Assembly (NCBI RefSeq): GCF_009914755.1
Contig: NC_060937.1
Strand: one strand, 5' to 3'
Source: the human T2T-CHM13v2.0 reference genome, Homo sapiens
Length of the DNA: 64,000 nucleotides
In this document: piece by piece, positions 28,301-40,069 of the stretch
How the letters are laid out: each line of letters begins with the position of its first letter
Numbering within the stretch: position 1 is the first letter of the stretch
The notes under the pieces: model-generated
Seen by the model: only the letters and a program-made list of their open reading frames with translations
Told to the model about the DNA's origin: nothing
Databases searched by the model: none
Translations under genes and position numbers: made by a program

Positions 28301-29284
28301 CACCAATATAACTTTAACACATTAAAATTTCTGACAATTCTAAGTACATATAATATAAATACTGTTAAGACAAAGAATCTTGTTATGTTAATGTTATATT
28401 AACTATTTCAGTCTCCTCTTGGGTAAGCATGTAAAAATGGTTAAACAATAAATTTCTATGGCAACAACTTAAATTCTAGGATATTCTTAGTTATAGCAGC
28501 AGCCACAGAAGCTACTACTTCCTCTTAGGCAATGTAACTAAACAAGATCCTTCTTTCCTCCTTTTCCATTGGGCACAACTAAAATCTCTTTTACTTTAAT
28601 GAACTAAAGAATGATTTAACTAGAAACAAGATATCTCAACTAATGTACATGATTAACTATAGTTACATGAACATTTTATGCAAAGACAAAACAAAGAGAA
28701 GATGCTAAGTATTTTAAAATGAAAGTTACATGGTGTGACCAAATGTATTATGTATCTTATAAACTAACATATACTTGTATAAAACTAATGTATATCAATT
28801 AATTGTTACAGAGATATTTTATCAAAATGAATAAAACCCTGCTAGATTAAATAAACAAATGTTCTTATACATGAAATTATTGGATATCTTTTGTACATAG
28901 ATTTTCACATATATTATTTATTAAAATATTCTGATAGTCCTACAATTTTAGAGTCAATATATAGATGATTTAGTTTCAATCATTTGAATATCTGTAATTT
29001 ATGAACTCATTTAGCACACTCATCTTTTCTTTTATGTGCTGTGTCTTCTTATATACTACTCTTGGAGAACACACTGAAGTTATCTCCACTGAATGAAGGG
29101 CAAATTTCTGTTGCTGCAAGAAATATCGGAAATATAAAGGGCCACCAATACATATTTGGCTGTGAATATACAAACTGAGTGCCTAATTTGTTACATAGTA
29201 TTTTCATAAATGCTTTTTTTTTTTAAGATTGCCTTAAGAACTTGATCAGGTAAATGTACGTGATTACTTACTCAAAATATAAGG

Positions 29285-29510
29285 TCTTTGAGTACAAGGA
29301 AAATTGAATTTAAATTCCACTCCACTATTTACCATGTATGACCAGAGTTACTGCTGACTTTTCTTAAGCCTCAATTTTCTCATCTGTATAATGGAAATAG
29401 TATCTTACTAACTGCCCTGTGGTTGTGGAGATTAAATTAAATAATTACGTAAATCACTTAGCACATGCGTGGCACACAATGAATACTCCAAAACCATTGA
29501 AACTACTATT
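29285..29510 (+). mobile_element. MIR
   Basis: aagcctcaattttctcatctgtataatggaaatagta...gagattaaattaaataa...cacttagcaca. Confidence 0.75.
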
Positions 29511-30019
29511 TAAAAATAATTTTACCCCTTTAACCTTGGTTTCTATACTGTAATTTCTTTTCAATTAAAATGAAGAAAAGTTCTCGCCTCTGTGCACATC
29601 TTCTATGAGAAGTTCTAGTTTCCTGACCTAGATTAGTCATGTATCAGTTTCAAAATTACTAACATACCTCACTAGATATCTGCCATTAAATGTCACCTTC
29701 CACCAGAGATGTTGTTTCTACATCTGTCATTTTTTCTTTTCTTTCTAAAGGTCATAACATTGTCGAATGTATGCCTCTTCTTCCCTAATTTTTCCATCAC
29801 AAGTAAATCTGTTGATTGCTTACCGAGAACCCAGTTGTACTTTCTGTAAAAAGAATAAAGCCATCCTGTAAGAAATTAATAAATAGAAAACAACCCATAA
29901 TATCTGTCAGAGGAGAGTAGGTTGCAGGTTTACTGTCATGAAATGCAGTCCACAAACAAAAGAATCAAGAGAGAAAATGATGAATGGCCTTAGGAATAGT
30001 CATGGTTTATAATAAAGAT

Positions 30020-30025
30020 TTTATT
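30020..30025 (-). terminator. Candidate SLITRK1 polyadenylation signal AATAAA
   Basis: tttatt on + strand ~2.2 kb past the stop codon, with U-rich sequence on both sides in the mRNA sense; consistent with the long SLITRK1 3'UTR. Confidence 0.7.
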
Positions 30026-31515
30026 AAAAAAGTGTTAAAATAAATAATACATATTCCAGAACATCACTGTTCTGAGAAATCACTTCCCTTTAGAATATGA
30101 GTTCTAGATGGCAGATCTACTTACAACTGCTCTGAGGTCTTTCACTAGCTGATTTATAATCCTATATTAAAAAAAAATCTATAGTCTGCAGTCTTTTGAC
30201 ATACTTCTCAAGGGTGGATATGTGGTGGAATGCAGACTCCATCAATATGTGTGGTTTTGTTTGCTTTTTGTAGCTTAACTGCTGTTTAGAAATCCCAGAG
30301 GAATATGATTGAGGCCAGAGTTACATTGGTTCATAAAATTCGAACAGTTGAAGCTGTTTTTGTTAATTGCTGGGCCACAACCAGAAATCCGGATGATGGG
30401 AGAGAAACACTTCTTTAGGATAATGATTAATTTCCATAAAGATGAGTGCTTTAACAAATTTCAATATGCAGTTGCTGGGGCGGGGAGGGTGGGTGGGCAC
30501 TAATTAGTTTTACCGTTTTCAGCAGATGTTGAATTCAAAATGCCAGCAGCATCTCAAATGCCAGTCATTAGGTCTGTCTTTCATTGAGGAGTGCTGACCA
30601 ATGAAATCTCCACTCTGTTTAATGAGACCTATCTAGGCAGAGTCAATTAAATCAAATCTCTCCTAACATCCTTAATATATCTGCAGTGTGGGCAGCACCA
30701 ACAAAAGCAGCAGAGAGGGATTTCCAGTATTAATAAAGGGATTCACTGCTGCATTTGGAGAGGGGAAAAAAAGAAGGGGTGAGTGTTGGGGCAAGACCTT
30801 TATGGACTGGGGAAAGCCGGTAAAGTCTGAGCGAAGGTGGGGGTGGGGTAGAGGGTGGGGGCGAGGGAAGAGGAGCTACTTAAAGGGTAAAAAGCTAAGT
30901 AAGGCGATTAGAGAAAGAGCCTTAATGTAGCTCAGGAAGGGATCTAACCCCAACCGTTTCCCTCCCCTGTCTCTTCCACCGCAAATCCAATTTACCACTT
31001 GCAAATATGAAGCTGGAAAAAGGTAAGGACCCAGAGTTGAAAACATTTTCGCTTTAATACTGAAAAAATATGCCATTATAAAATCCTCGAATAGAATTAG
31101 TAAGTTTCACGTGCTTCCTCGGTTCTCTTTTCCTACTTTATAAGTAAGATTTATACCAGCACAGAATTGCTACCATAGGATCGCAGCCTAAGCACTAGAG
31201 TGACATTAATTGGTCATGCTTAACTGCCTCAAAATCATTTTTTAAATAATTACACTGATACTATAATAGAAATCATGGGTACTTATTTTACATTCAGATG
31301 GAAGGCATTATTGGATATGTATTAAAAAAAAGACCCCCTGAAAAAAATAAAATAAAATAAAACATCACCATCAAAATAAAAGAACCCAAAACAACCCCTA
31401 AAAACTTCCCTCAACAAAATACATTGTTAACTCATAAAATGGACTGATGACTAGCCATGCAAATGTCCTAAATAAAACCTTTACATTTTTTTCACAGTTA
31501 ACTTATGCTCTGAAC

Positions 31516-31538
31516 TGCCTACCGATCACAAATAATGG
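31516..31538 (-). promoter_or_regulatory. miR-189 (miR-24-1-5p) target site, including the var321 position (31523 = c.*689, G allele here)
   Basis: + strand tgcctac equals miRNA nt 2-8. The mRNA G at 31523 forms a G:U pair with miRNA nt 9 and lies exactly 689 nt after the stop. Confidence 0.88.
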
Positions 31539-32211
31539 CGAAATGGCACTTTCTGATTATACTGTATTTTGTTTATAGAAAGTTTGATACGATGGAACTT
31601 ATCAGGTAAGAGGGTGGGTGCTGTGAACGAGATGCCGTCTCCAGTCGCGGGGGCGGGCAGAGTCCCTGGAGCGCGTGGATTCCATGCGAGCCATGCAGCA
31701 CTTTTTGTTTTTTGTCAGAAGTCAAAGTTACTTATTTACAATACATTCATGCCTTCGTGCAACTGCCCATCCCTGCGTAGCCAACAGGGAGCCATCACGG
31801 GGCTAATCCACAGGGGAAAAATAGATATCTATCTCTCTATATAGATGTGGATATATGTATATATGTATAGAACCGCGGCATCCAACCCCACAGGCCCCGG
31901 GGCCGAGGGCGAGGGCACTGTCAGTTCTTCCAGCAGGGTCGTGCTGGGCTTTCTGTCAAAAGGGGCTCTCAGCAAAGAGCGAGCTGGCTGCGCTCTCCCA
32001 GCTCTCCACAGTCTGCTCTTTGTTTCAAGGAGGGAGCTAAGTAAGGGGTCAGGCCCTTTCGGTTGTGCGAGCTCACAGTTATTTATCTACTTATGCCCAT
32101 CCAGGCTGATGGCGCGGGGATTTGGGTACACGCCCCTCCAGCCCCCGGGGTGCCTGCGGTGGGGAAGGATGTATCGCCTTCCCTCTGCCCTCCCCTATTG
32201 GGGTTGGGGTC

Positions 32212-34302
32212 TTAGTCTGAGAGCGAGTGAGAGCCACAGTCATACACTCTGTGGGCCCCATCTGCGTTGTAAGGCCCATTGTGCCAGTAGGAAGAGTCAC
32301 AGACTGTCTGTAGGGAATTAATCTCGGACGCGGAGGAGTTGGCATCTCGTCTCTTGGACCGCTTTCGGTTCCTCAGGATAAACACGAGCATGCCCACCAC
32401 GGTGAAGGCGGAGGTGACAAACACCAGCAGCAGTCCCGGGACCAACACCGAGATGGACACCCTGCTGGTGTCTAGGTAGGAGTTGGAGTGCGTCCCGGTC
32501 TCCGCCAACCCAGTGCTGTTTTTACTGTGCGAAGTTAACGTGGGCGAGATCCTAGCGTACAGCTGAGGGCAGATCTCGTCATTGGAGAGGAGCATGAAAT
32601 CCTTTCTAAAGAAGTTCACCGGCGTCTCACACTTGAGGTCGCTCATCAGCACTTCGGAACCCAAGCGTTCTGCCCACTGCTTGAAAGGCACAATTGTGCA
32701 GGAGCACTCCCAGGGGTTTCCGTGGAGGTCTATCTGGATGATGGAGGTTAACTGGTCCAGCACCCCTGCCACCGGGAGGTACATGAAGTAATTGTTGTGC
32801 AGGCTGAGTTTAGAGAGCGAGACCCCAGCGAACACGTCCACAGGCAGGGACCTCAGCAGGTTGTTGTTGAGAATGAGGATCCTCAGTTTGGGCATGGCAT
32901 TGAAAGTGCCCGGGAGGATGAGCTGGATAGCGTTGTACTCCACGTTCAGGTACTCTAGGTTTTGCAGCCCCGCGAATTTCTCCCGGGACAGCGTGTCCAG
33001 GTAATTGCTATCCATGTATAGCCACCTGAGGTCCAAAAGGTTCTTGAAAGTGTTGTTCTCTACAGTAGCGATGTTATTGTTGCCCAGATCCAACAGAATG
33101 AGGTTCTTGTAATCCACAAAGTGCGATTTTCGGATGCTGTGGATCTTGTTATCTCGTAGGAAAAGCTCCTGCACGTTAGAGAGCTTGGGCTTCAAATCAG
33201 CCAAGCTGCTCACGTTCCTGTTGTTGCAGTTCATCTTTAAACCCGACCCTGGGATGTGGTCGCAGCTGCAGCCCCCAGGGCAGGGTAAACTGTTAGCTAA
33301 GGGTTTGTTCCTGGAGCTACCCGTCGCTATCGCTGCTGTGGGTCTGATTTTGATCTGCCAGTTGCCTGGGATCTTTGTACCTCCGTTTGGAGCAGACCCT
33401 GGTGTGGCATGATCCTCTTGCCCATTTGTCTTGAAAGGAGTTGGCAGGGGTCCAGGAGCAAAGGTCTCTTCTTGGGCAGGGGGCGCCGGGAGACTAGAAT
33501 CCACTCGGTTTTTCAAAGGACACAAGTCCTGTTCGGTGGTTTCATTGAGGTCTTTACCCTGCAGTCTGGTGGGGGCTTCGCAGACCACTCGGCCGATCAG
33601 GGCATTCTTGGGAATGTTTTCCAGCCATTCTTTCAGGGAGAGCAGATCACAGGTGCAGTCCCAAGGGTTATCCTCTAGCAGGATCTCCGCAATACCAGGG
33701 ATTTGCTCCAAGACCTCCTCATAGGGCAGCGTTTTCAGCCTGTTACCCCGGAGGTCGAGGTGGGTGATGGGCACATACTGGAACACGTTGGCAGGTAGGG
33801 TGCTGATGAGATTGTCATTTAAAATGAGCACCTCCAGCTTGTTCAAGTCCTGGAAGGCCCCCGGGTCTATATCTCGTAATAAATTAAAATCAGCCTGGAG
33901 ATATTCCAGATCGTCCAGCCCCAGAAAAGTCTGCTTTCGAAAAGACTTGATCTTGTTGTTGTTGATGTGCAGCCTTTTCACCAGCTGCAGCCCCAGAAAA
34001 GCCCCCGGAACGATTTCATGCAAGCCATTGTTTTCCATGTGCAAACTAACCGCATTATAAAAGTTAGCGAACTCATTAGGGAAAAGTCGAGTGAGGGAAT
34101 TGCCATGTAGAAATAAATGGTAAAACTGGGAAGTCGGGGCAGTGAAACGCTGCAGACTTGTGAAGCCCTTTTTTTCACAGTCTACGTGTAGGTCCCCTTC
34201 TATCTCATTGCAGGAACAGATCTTCTCTTTGCAAACGTCCCCTGTAACGTTTCCAGCGGCAAAACAAAGAGACGTCTCCAGCAACAGAATCCAAAGCAGC
34301 AT
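32212..34302 (-). CDS. SLITRK1: SLIT and NTRK-like protein 1 (696 aa): signal peptide, two LRR clusters with LRRNT/LRRCT caps, TM helix, short cytoplasmic tail
   Basis: ORF from AUG at 34302 ([31 protein letters not shown]...) to ...[10 protein letters not shown]. LxxLxLxxN repeats, NPWxCxC caps twice, [36 protein letters not shown] stop-transfer. The 59 extra codons in the ORF track start at a TTG. Confidence 0.98.
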   Translation of the reverse strand: MLLWILLLETSLCFAAGNVTGDVCKEKICSCNEIEGDLHVDCEKKGFTSLQRFTAPTSQFYHLFLHGNSLTRLFPNEFANFYNAVSLHMENNGLHEIVPGAFLGLQLVKRLHINNNKIKSFRKQTFLGLDDLEYLQADFNLLRDIDPGAFQDLNKLEVLILNDNLISTLPANVFQYVPITHLDLRGNRLKTLPYEEVLEQIPGIAEILLEDNPWDCTCDLLSLKEWLENIPKNALIGRVVCEAPTRLQGKDLNETTEQDLCPLKNRVDSSLPAPPAQEETFAPGPLPTPFKTNGQEDHATPGSAPNGGTKIPGNWQIKIRPTAAIATGSSRNKPLANSLPCPGGCSCDHIPGSGLKMNCNNRNVSSLADLKPKLSNVQELFLRDNKIHSIRKSHFVDYKNLILLDLGNNNIATVENNTFKNLLDLRWLYMDSNYLDTLSREKFAGLQNLEYLNVEYNAIQLILPGTFNAMPKLRILILNNNLLRSLPVDVFAGVSLSKLSLHNNYFMYLPVAGVLDQLTSIIQIDLHGNPWECSCTIVPFKQWAERLGSEVLMSDLKCETPVNFFRKDFMLLSNDEICPQLYARISPTLTSHSKNSTGLAETGTHSNSYLDTSRVSISVLVPGLLLVFVTSAFTVVGMLVFILRNRKRSKRRDANSSASEINSLQTVCDSSYWHNGPYNADGAHRVYDCGSHSLSD

Positions 34303-34304
34303 TT

Positions 34305-34385
34305 TTAAAGCGAGCAATTCATCCCCGATCTCATCACAAAGTAACAGCGACCATCCTGCTCGCCACAGACACAATTCAAGTTCAT
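34305..34385 (-). other. Upstream ORF cluster in the SLITRK1 leader
   Basis: AUGs at 34385, 34334 and 34322 share a UAA at 34307-34305; AUG at 34354 encodes MVAVTL*. Confidence 0.75.
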
Positions 34386-34739
34386 TTAGTGCTCCAATGT
34401 CCGAAGCCAGGAAAGGAGAAGAAAAGGGTTTGGGGGGGTGGGGGTGGATTCCTTCCTCCCTAACCCCCCCGCACTGCAATAGCCCAGACGCCAGTCAATA
34501 ATTATATCCACAAACTATCCAGGCACGTAGTGCAAGGCAAGCAAAGAAAAAAAAAAAAAAAAAAAAGTAGGAAAAAAACCCCACTCCCCCACAACACTTT
34601 AAAAATAACAGAAAAAGAAGTTAAATATATACATATAAATTAAAAGTACACCCTTACAGAATCTCATCTACTGATCTTCACTGATCAGAAATGAAACAAT
34701 GCTAGTAATTAGAAGCAAGTGCATGTTAGAGAAACAAGC

Positions 34740-35290
34740 AGAGGGTTTGCAGCGTAGTACAGGCGCACTGCCTGTGCATGGCTGTGCGTCGGACTGACCT
34801 TGCCTCTCTGATACAAAGCAGGGTTTTCCGCGGCTTCTGTTGTTGAGGCTGCTGGTGGAGTTCTTGCTGTGGTTGCGGGTTGCCCAGAAGTCCCCCCGAG
34901 GTGCTGTCCAGTTCCCCCGGTGCTGAAATCACGCCCGACCGAAGGACTCACGCTGCCCAGCCAATGGCGCTGGAAAATTTCCGCAATCGCTGCGTTTTGT
35001 GGTTGTCCATCCTTTTCCTTTCCTCCCCTTCGGTCCTCTTAAGGCTTTTTTTTTTCTTTTCTGTGCTCTCGCTCTCGCTTACTAGCTCTTCTTTTCCTGT
35101 TCTCCTTCTCTTTCTTCTGCTCTTTCGGAATTACGTGGAGGGGGGCGGAGGGCGGGGGGCGAGTTGTCTGAGGGAGGAAGAGAGCGCGAGAATGAGGGGA
35201 GGGGGGCGGAGAAGAGAGTTGCTAAGAAGCTCTGCTCGTTCCAGCCTGGTGCACTCTGAAAGATCTGACACCCTCTGCTGATCTGCAGTA
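34740..35290 (-). promoter_or_regulatory. GC/CpG-rich SLITRK1 promoter / 5' leader with GC boxes and CCAAT
   Basis: High CpG density; gggggcggag/ggcggggg at 35140-35160 and 35201-35210; ccaat at 34961; candidate splice donors GTGAGT (34951) and GTCAGT (34798). The TSS cannot be fixed from sequence. Confidence 0.7.
34900..34927 (-). promoter_or_regulatory. Non-canonical RE1/NRSE (REST site) with 9-nt spacer
   Basis: Minus strand reads TTCAGCACC-GGGGGAACT-GGACAGCACC; both half-sites are near perfect. Confidence 0.75.
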
Positions 35291-35994
35291 GCAAAAATCC
35301 ATCTGGCTAGGGAATGCTGAAAGAAAAAAAAATCAATCCACGTACAGGGCAAGCGTTAAAAATGTGGGCATAAAAGGCTGACGATCTACATAGATGCTTA
35401 TTTTAAATGGATTATTTGATTATTTTTGCGTGCTGGAAACTTTACCCTTTCCTTTCCTTAACGAGTTCACAGCCCCCACCAGCTCCACCATTCGGAAAGG
35501 AGTGCTTTTAAAACATTTATTTCCCAATGGCTTGAATAAAATTAGTGTCAGGGTGTCAAGCGAACAGCAATTTGAGGTAATTATACTGCACGCCATTTTC
35601 ATCGGTTCTTTAAATGCATTTCTTCCTTCTCTGCGGCACAGTGTTTTACGCTATTTGATGTCTTTGAAACATTTCTTTTGGTATGTTCAAAGTGGCTTTC
35701 GGAACATATATGTTACATAATATCATAATTGAGTATGAATTTTTTTGCAAGGTATATAAATTAGGCATATACTTTTTAAAACTTGCAGAAATTTAGTCAA
35801 TTTGGTCATTGAGAGTTAGGTTCTTTGATATTTCTTGAATGTTATTTAACTCTGGAGGGTGAAACACAATGCATGCTGAAGTCCTTGATTCCAGTCCCGA
35901 AAGCTTTAACTGAGAACCGGAAAAGAAGGGAGAGGGGGCAGGGAAAAATCCCAAGATGATTTGTGAGTGCTGTTAAAAACCCACTGGCAGGCAG

Positions 35995-36032
35995 GCGCGC
36001 GCACACTACACGCACGCACACACACACACACA
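35995..36032. repeat. (CG)n/(CA)n alternating purine-pyrimidine tract
   Basis: gcgcgcgcacactacacgcacgcacacacacacacaca. Confidence 0.85.
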
Positions 36033-36828
36033 CCCCACTGACAAAGTTTTCACATCAGTTTGAACTAATTTAAATGTTTACAAGTAAATAACCAGTTGCA
36101 TTTTGAGAGGAGGAGATAGAAATCTCTGGACTCTAAAGCTCAGCGAGAACGCTCTCTGCAGGTAGCCGGCAGCTCCTCTTCGCGCAGATGCTTGTTGGGT
36201 CACTGATGCTGGGGAAACACGAAGCTCAGGCTTTTTCCAGTTAAGGAAACAACAGATTCCAAACTCTGAGCTTATAAAAATCCAGTAATATCACCTTCTG
36301 GGATGGAAGAAAACGTGAACATGCTGCTTCCGTGAAGCCTCTTTTGCTGACTTTTCCTTTCAGAGTCGACACCTTTTCACATCAATACGTCCTAAAATAT
36401 TTATAGATCATTTTAGGATTTGAAATTTTTAGGTCTTTTAAATAGAGTTACTGTTTGGCCCTTTCTTCACTCTATGCAGAGAGGATATGTTTACACCACT
36501 TGCCTTTTTAATTAGGTCTTTTGCAAGTTGGACAGCTGCAACGAGCTTGCTAATATTTTGTGCAAAAGAGCAAATGTTCAAGGAAGTGTGTATTTTGAGA
36601 AAGATGGGGAGTAAAAATTTGGGGGAAAGGACTGGGGTTGGGAAAATTCCCAAGGCTAGGGAAGGTCTTAAAGATGTTTACAAGATTTTTTTTTCTGGGT
36701 CAGAATCTAATTTCTAGGTGGGTGGAGAAAATTTCATATCTATATACAATGTTTTCATATGACAAAATATTTTTGTTGTATTCCTCTGGTGAAATTCAGT
36801 GAAGGGAGGTGGGGATGAAGACATTTCA

Positions 36829-36883
36829 GTGTGTGTGTGTATGTGCATGCATGTGTGTGTTTGTGTGTGTGCACGTGTGTACA
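36829..36883. repeat. Imperfect (TG)n microsatellite
   Basis: gtgtgtgtgtgtatgtgcatgcatgtgtgtgtttgtgtgtgtgcacgtgtgtaca. Confidence 0.85.
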
Positions 36884-39800
36884 CTAGAGAGATCTTTTTT
36901 AGACATCCTGATACACTTCTGAAATAACTCTGTTCTCATTTAATTTGACCCATTACCACATGTAGAGAGTGAAAAAAAAAGACCTTAATCAATTTGAAAC
37001 CATTATGCTAAAGAAATGCTATGCAGTTGAGAACTGCAGATGTGGAGGAGTTCAACTGAAGGAAATCATTTTTCTGTTTCTTCTTAAATAGGACTCAGGT
37101 CTAAAATATCTTGGCCCAAGAAACCACTCTGAGAAAGGAAATCAGCCTTATGGTGTCTGTGATTAATAGGGTTAGGCAAGACTCAAGGAAAACAGAAAAA
37201 TGCTGGCTGTTTAGAAAGGACAATCATCTAAAACCCACATTTTTAACCTTAAAAGGTTACATTTTTTTTCAACTTACAGAATATTATCTTTATGTGAAGA
37301 GACTCCAAGAACATATTTAAGTTGATTTAAATGAATTTAGATAACCTACAGTTTGTATTCAGATTTCATTCTCCTCTTCACCCTTTAAATTCTGTATCTT
37401 TCTCTCATCCCTTATTTCTTCTTTCCTCTTAACACACCAATCACAATAGAAAATTTACAGTTAGGATTCTCCTATTTAGGTATCTTACAAAATTTTTTAA
37501 ATTATATCCTCTTCAAATAATTTCTTATCTCTGCACTCTAAGAAAAAAGTGTGGTAGTTCTCAGATGAGCAACTAAACCTGAGAAGAAAAGATTAAGATT
37601 ATACCGCCTATATGAAGATCTCCAATACAAACTTGCAAGCAAAATATAGAGGTACACATGTAAGTCTATTGAAATGGACCCTCTATAATAGCTATCATAA
37701 TATTTTCATAATAAATATATTTTAGAGACATAAAACGGTCTAGAAAACCACACCTACAACTTCAAAGCCTAACTATTCAAGTTAAACAATAAATTTATTG
37801 GTGGAGAATAAAAATATAAGGGATTTATATGTGATCTAAACATTTCTAATACCTTAGGGGAATATTTCTTAGGCATGAATTTTTCTTAAAAGGGTTCCAC
37901 GCTGTCTATTTGAGCTCAAGTGAACTCCTTCAGTTGCCTTGCCTCTCAACAGATAATCTCAGTAGCTGGAGATAAAGGATATTCCAGATGATGATGATGA
38001 TTGATAATATTTGCTCAGGGCTATAGTTTAATTTCCTGGCTGTGACCAGAAAGATTTCAATTGTGTCATTAAATGTTCACACATTTCTATTCTTCATCAA
38101 ACAAGTTCTCCTCTCAAACAAGAAAAGGTGTATGTTGATTGTTCAATAAAGAATTTTTCAGACTAAGAAGAAATTTGCCAGTTAATTATCCATTTTTTCC
38201 CAAATGGCATCAAGTTTCTAGATATTTCCATATGTGCACTACATTTTTAAAATGAAAAAGTAGAATTTATAACTAACTTTTTTTATCCAGTTTATTTAAT
38301 CTTCACAATAACTTTAAAAATTACTGTTCTAATTTTTAACTGTAAAAGTAATACTTTGATTTAACAAATACAAAATTACATATAGGAAGTCTATCTTTAC
38401 TCTTCCCTCATCCACAATACTTTTTATTGCAGAGAACTAAAGATAACTGGTTGGTTAATAGTGAATTTGATCCTATTTTATGGATGTGGAAACTGAGGCT
38501 AAGTAACATTGACTAATTTACCAAGATTAAAAAATATCATTTGACTTTGTTATGGTAACAAAGCTACAGACTCCTGAACTAAGCTTTTATTCTACTAAGT
38601 CTCTCTTTGTTCTTAATATACAATGCCATTTATGACCCTGGTTAAGCTTTCTGTGGATCAGTTTCCTTACTAGTATATTTAACACATACTAGTATATATT
38701 ATAGTTTATGATTTTTTTGGTCCCTTCACGTTGCTTTTTTCTGAATCCAAAACACTTTAAAAATGATTTTACAACAGACCTAGTGTCTCTTGCCTTCCTT
38801 AGACTTTTCACATTTGAACTCAGGATAATTGTTACCACATTTAATATTTACTATGATTTGAAACCAGTAATAAACAGTATAACCACTGTAGGAGAGAATT
38901 CATTAGTCCTAAGTTTAATCTACTACTGTCATAAGATAAAGGGGTCATTGTGATTTTTTTCATCTTGAGATAATAATTGTAAACTACAAGACAGGGTTAT
39001 AAATGAATTGTACCTATAAACAAATATGCTTAGAATGTAAGATTCTCACACATATTTTCATATCTTATTTTTGTAGATTGTAATATTCTAGGAATTGGGT
39101 GCTACGATAATGAAGATATTACACAATTTCTGAAGGTGAAGTTAATACAATATTTTTATAGTATTTCTTTTATAGTATATTGCTTTTTAAAACTTAGCAA
39201 CTTTTATTTCTCATCAAAGAAATAGCAATCTCAGTAAAACACATCAAAATGAATGTACAGTTTTACTTTGTGGCTTAAAGTATCACTGTCCTATGTTTAT
39301 ATCATTTTATATTTTTTATTACTTTGGGCCATAGGTTTGGCTATGAGTTTCTCATATAGTCTCATTTTTGTAACAAATCTCATATTGGGCTTATTGGAAA
39401 GAATACTGATCAAAATATAATTTTATATATTCAGAAATTCTAATTTATTATTTTTGTTATTTCACATGAATAAGGCAACCAAAGTTTTGCCCAGTAAGGG
39501 TAATACTCTTAGCTATATATCACACTATACTACACACACTACAAGTATATGAGAAGGATCTATATTTCCACAATTGTTTATTATATTAATTGATGCTTAA
39601 GTATATACTTTTTGAGCACTTGTTTTAGTATTTTCTATATGTTCACAAGACCTTGCAGATACTCACACACAGAAGAAAAAGTCTGTGTTTCCTACAAAGT
39701 ATGTATTATATTGTAAGATAATGAAATACATATTACTTACATAGGTTTTAGGAAACACAGAAAACAACAAAAAAGAAAGTTGAAATCCACAGAGATTAGT

Positions 39801-40069
39801 GCTGTAAAAATATACATATACTTTTTAACATGCTTTTTGTACTTAACATTTATTTGTGAAAAATTTTAATGTTATTAAACATCTTCTACTATCAGAGACT
39901 TAATTCCTTGTATGACACAAAATAATTCATAGGACTAATTTTACCATTGGATATTTAGTTCTTTATAGAATTTTTACTCTCATAAATAATGCAGCAAAGA
40001 ACCACCTTAAACATAAATCAATGTTAACATCATTATTTATTTTCTTATTATAGGTTCCTGGAATTAGAA

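Larger units (their letters stand above)
30004..32211 (-). other. SLITRK1: SLITRK1 3'UTR (approximate distal end)
   Basis: Repeat-free stretch from the stop codon to the AATAAA, containing several miRNA seed matches and a Pumilio element. Confidence 0.75.

Noticed and set aside
34303-34479. 59-aa N-terminal extension in the 755-aa ORF call
   Set aside because: It starts at TTG, not AUG. It would bury the signal peptide and crosses a likely splice acceptor. The 696-aa protein from 34302 is SLITRK1.
31569-34501. Plus-strand ORFs antisense to SLITRK1 (e.g. 31845..32321, 33134..33724, 33764..34060, 34142..34501)
   Set aside because: Expected shadows of a GC-rich coding strand and UTR; no recognisable domains.
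34972-34982. GGAAAATTTCC NF-kB-like motif
   Set aside because: Does not fit GGGRNWYYCC well; a single short motif without other support.
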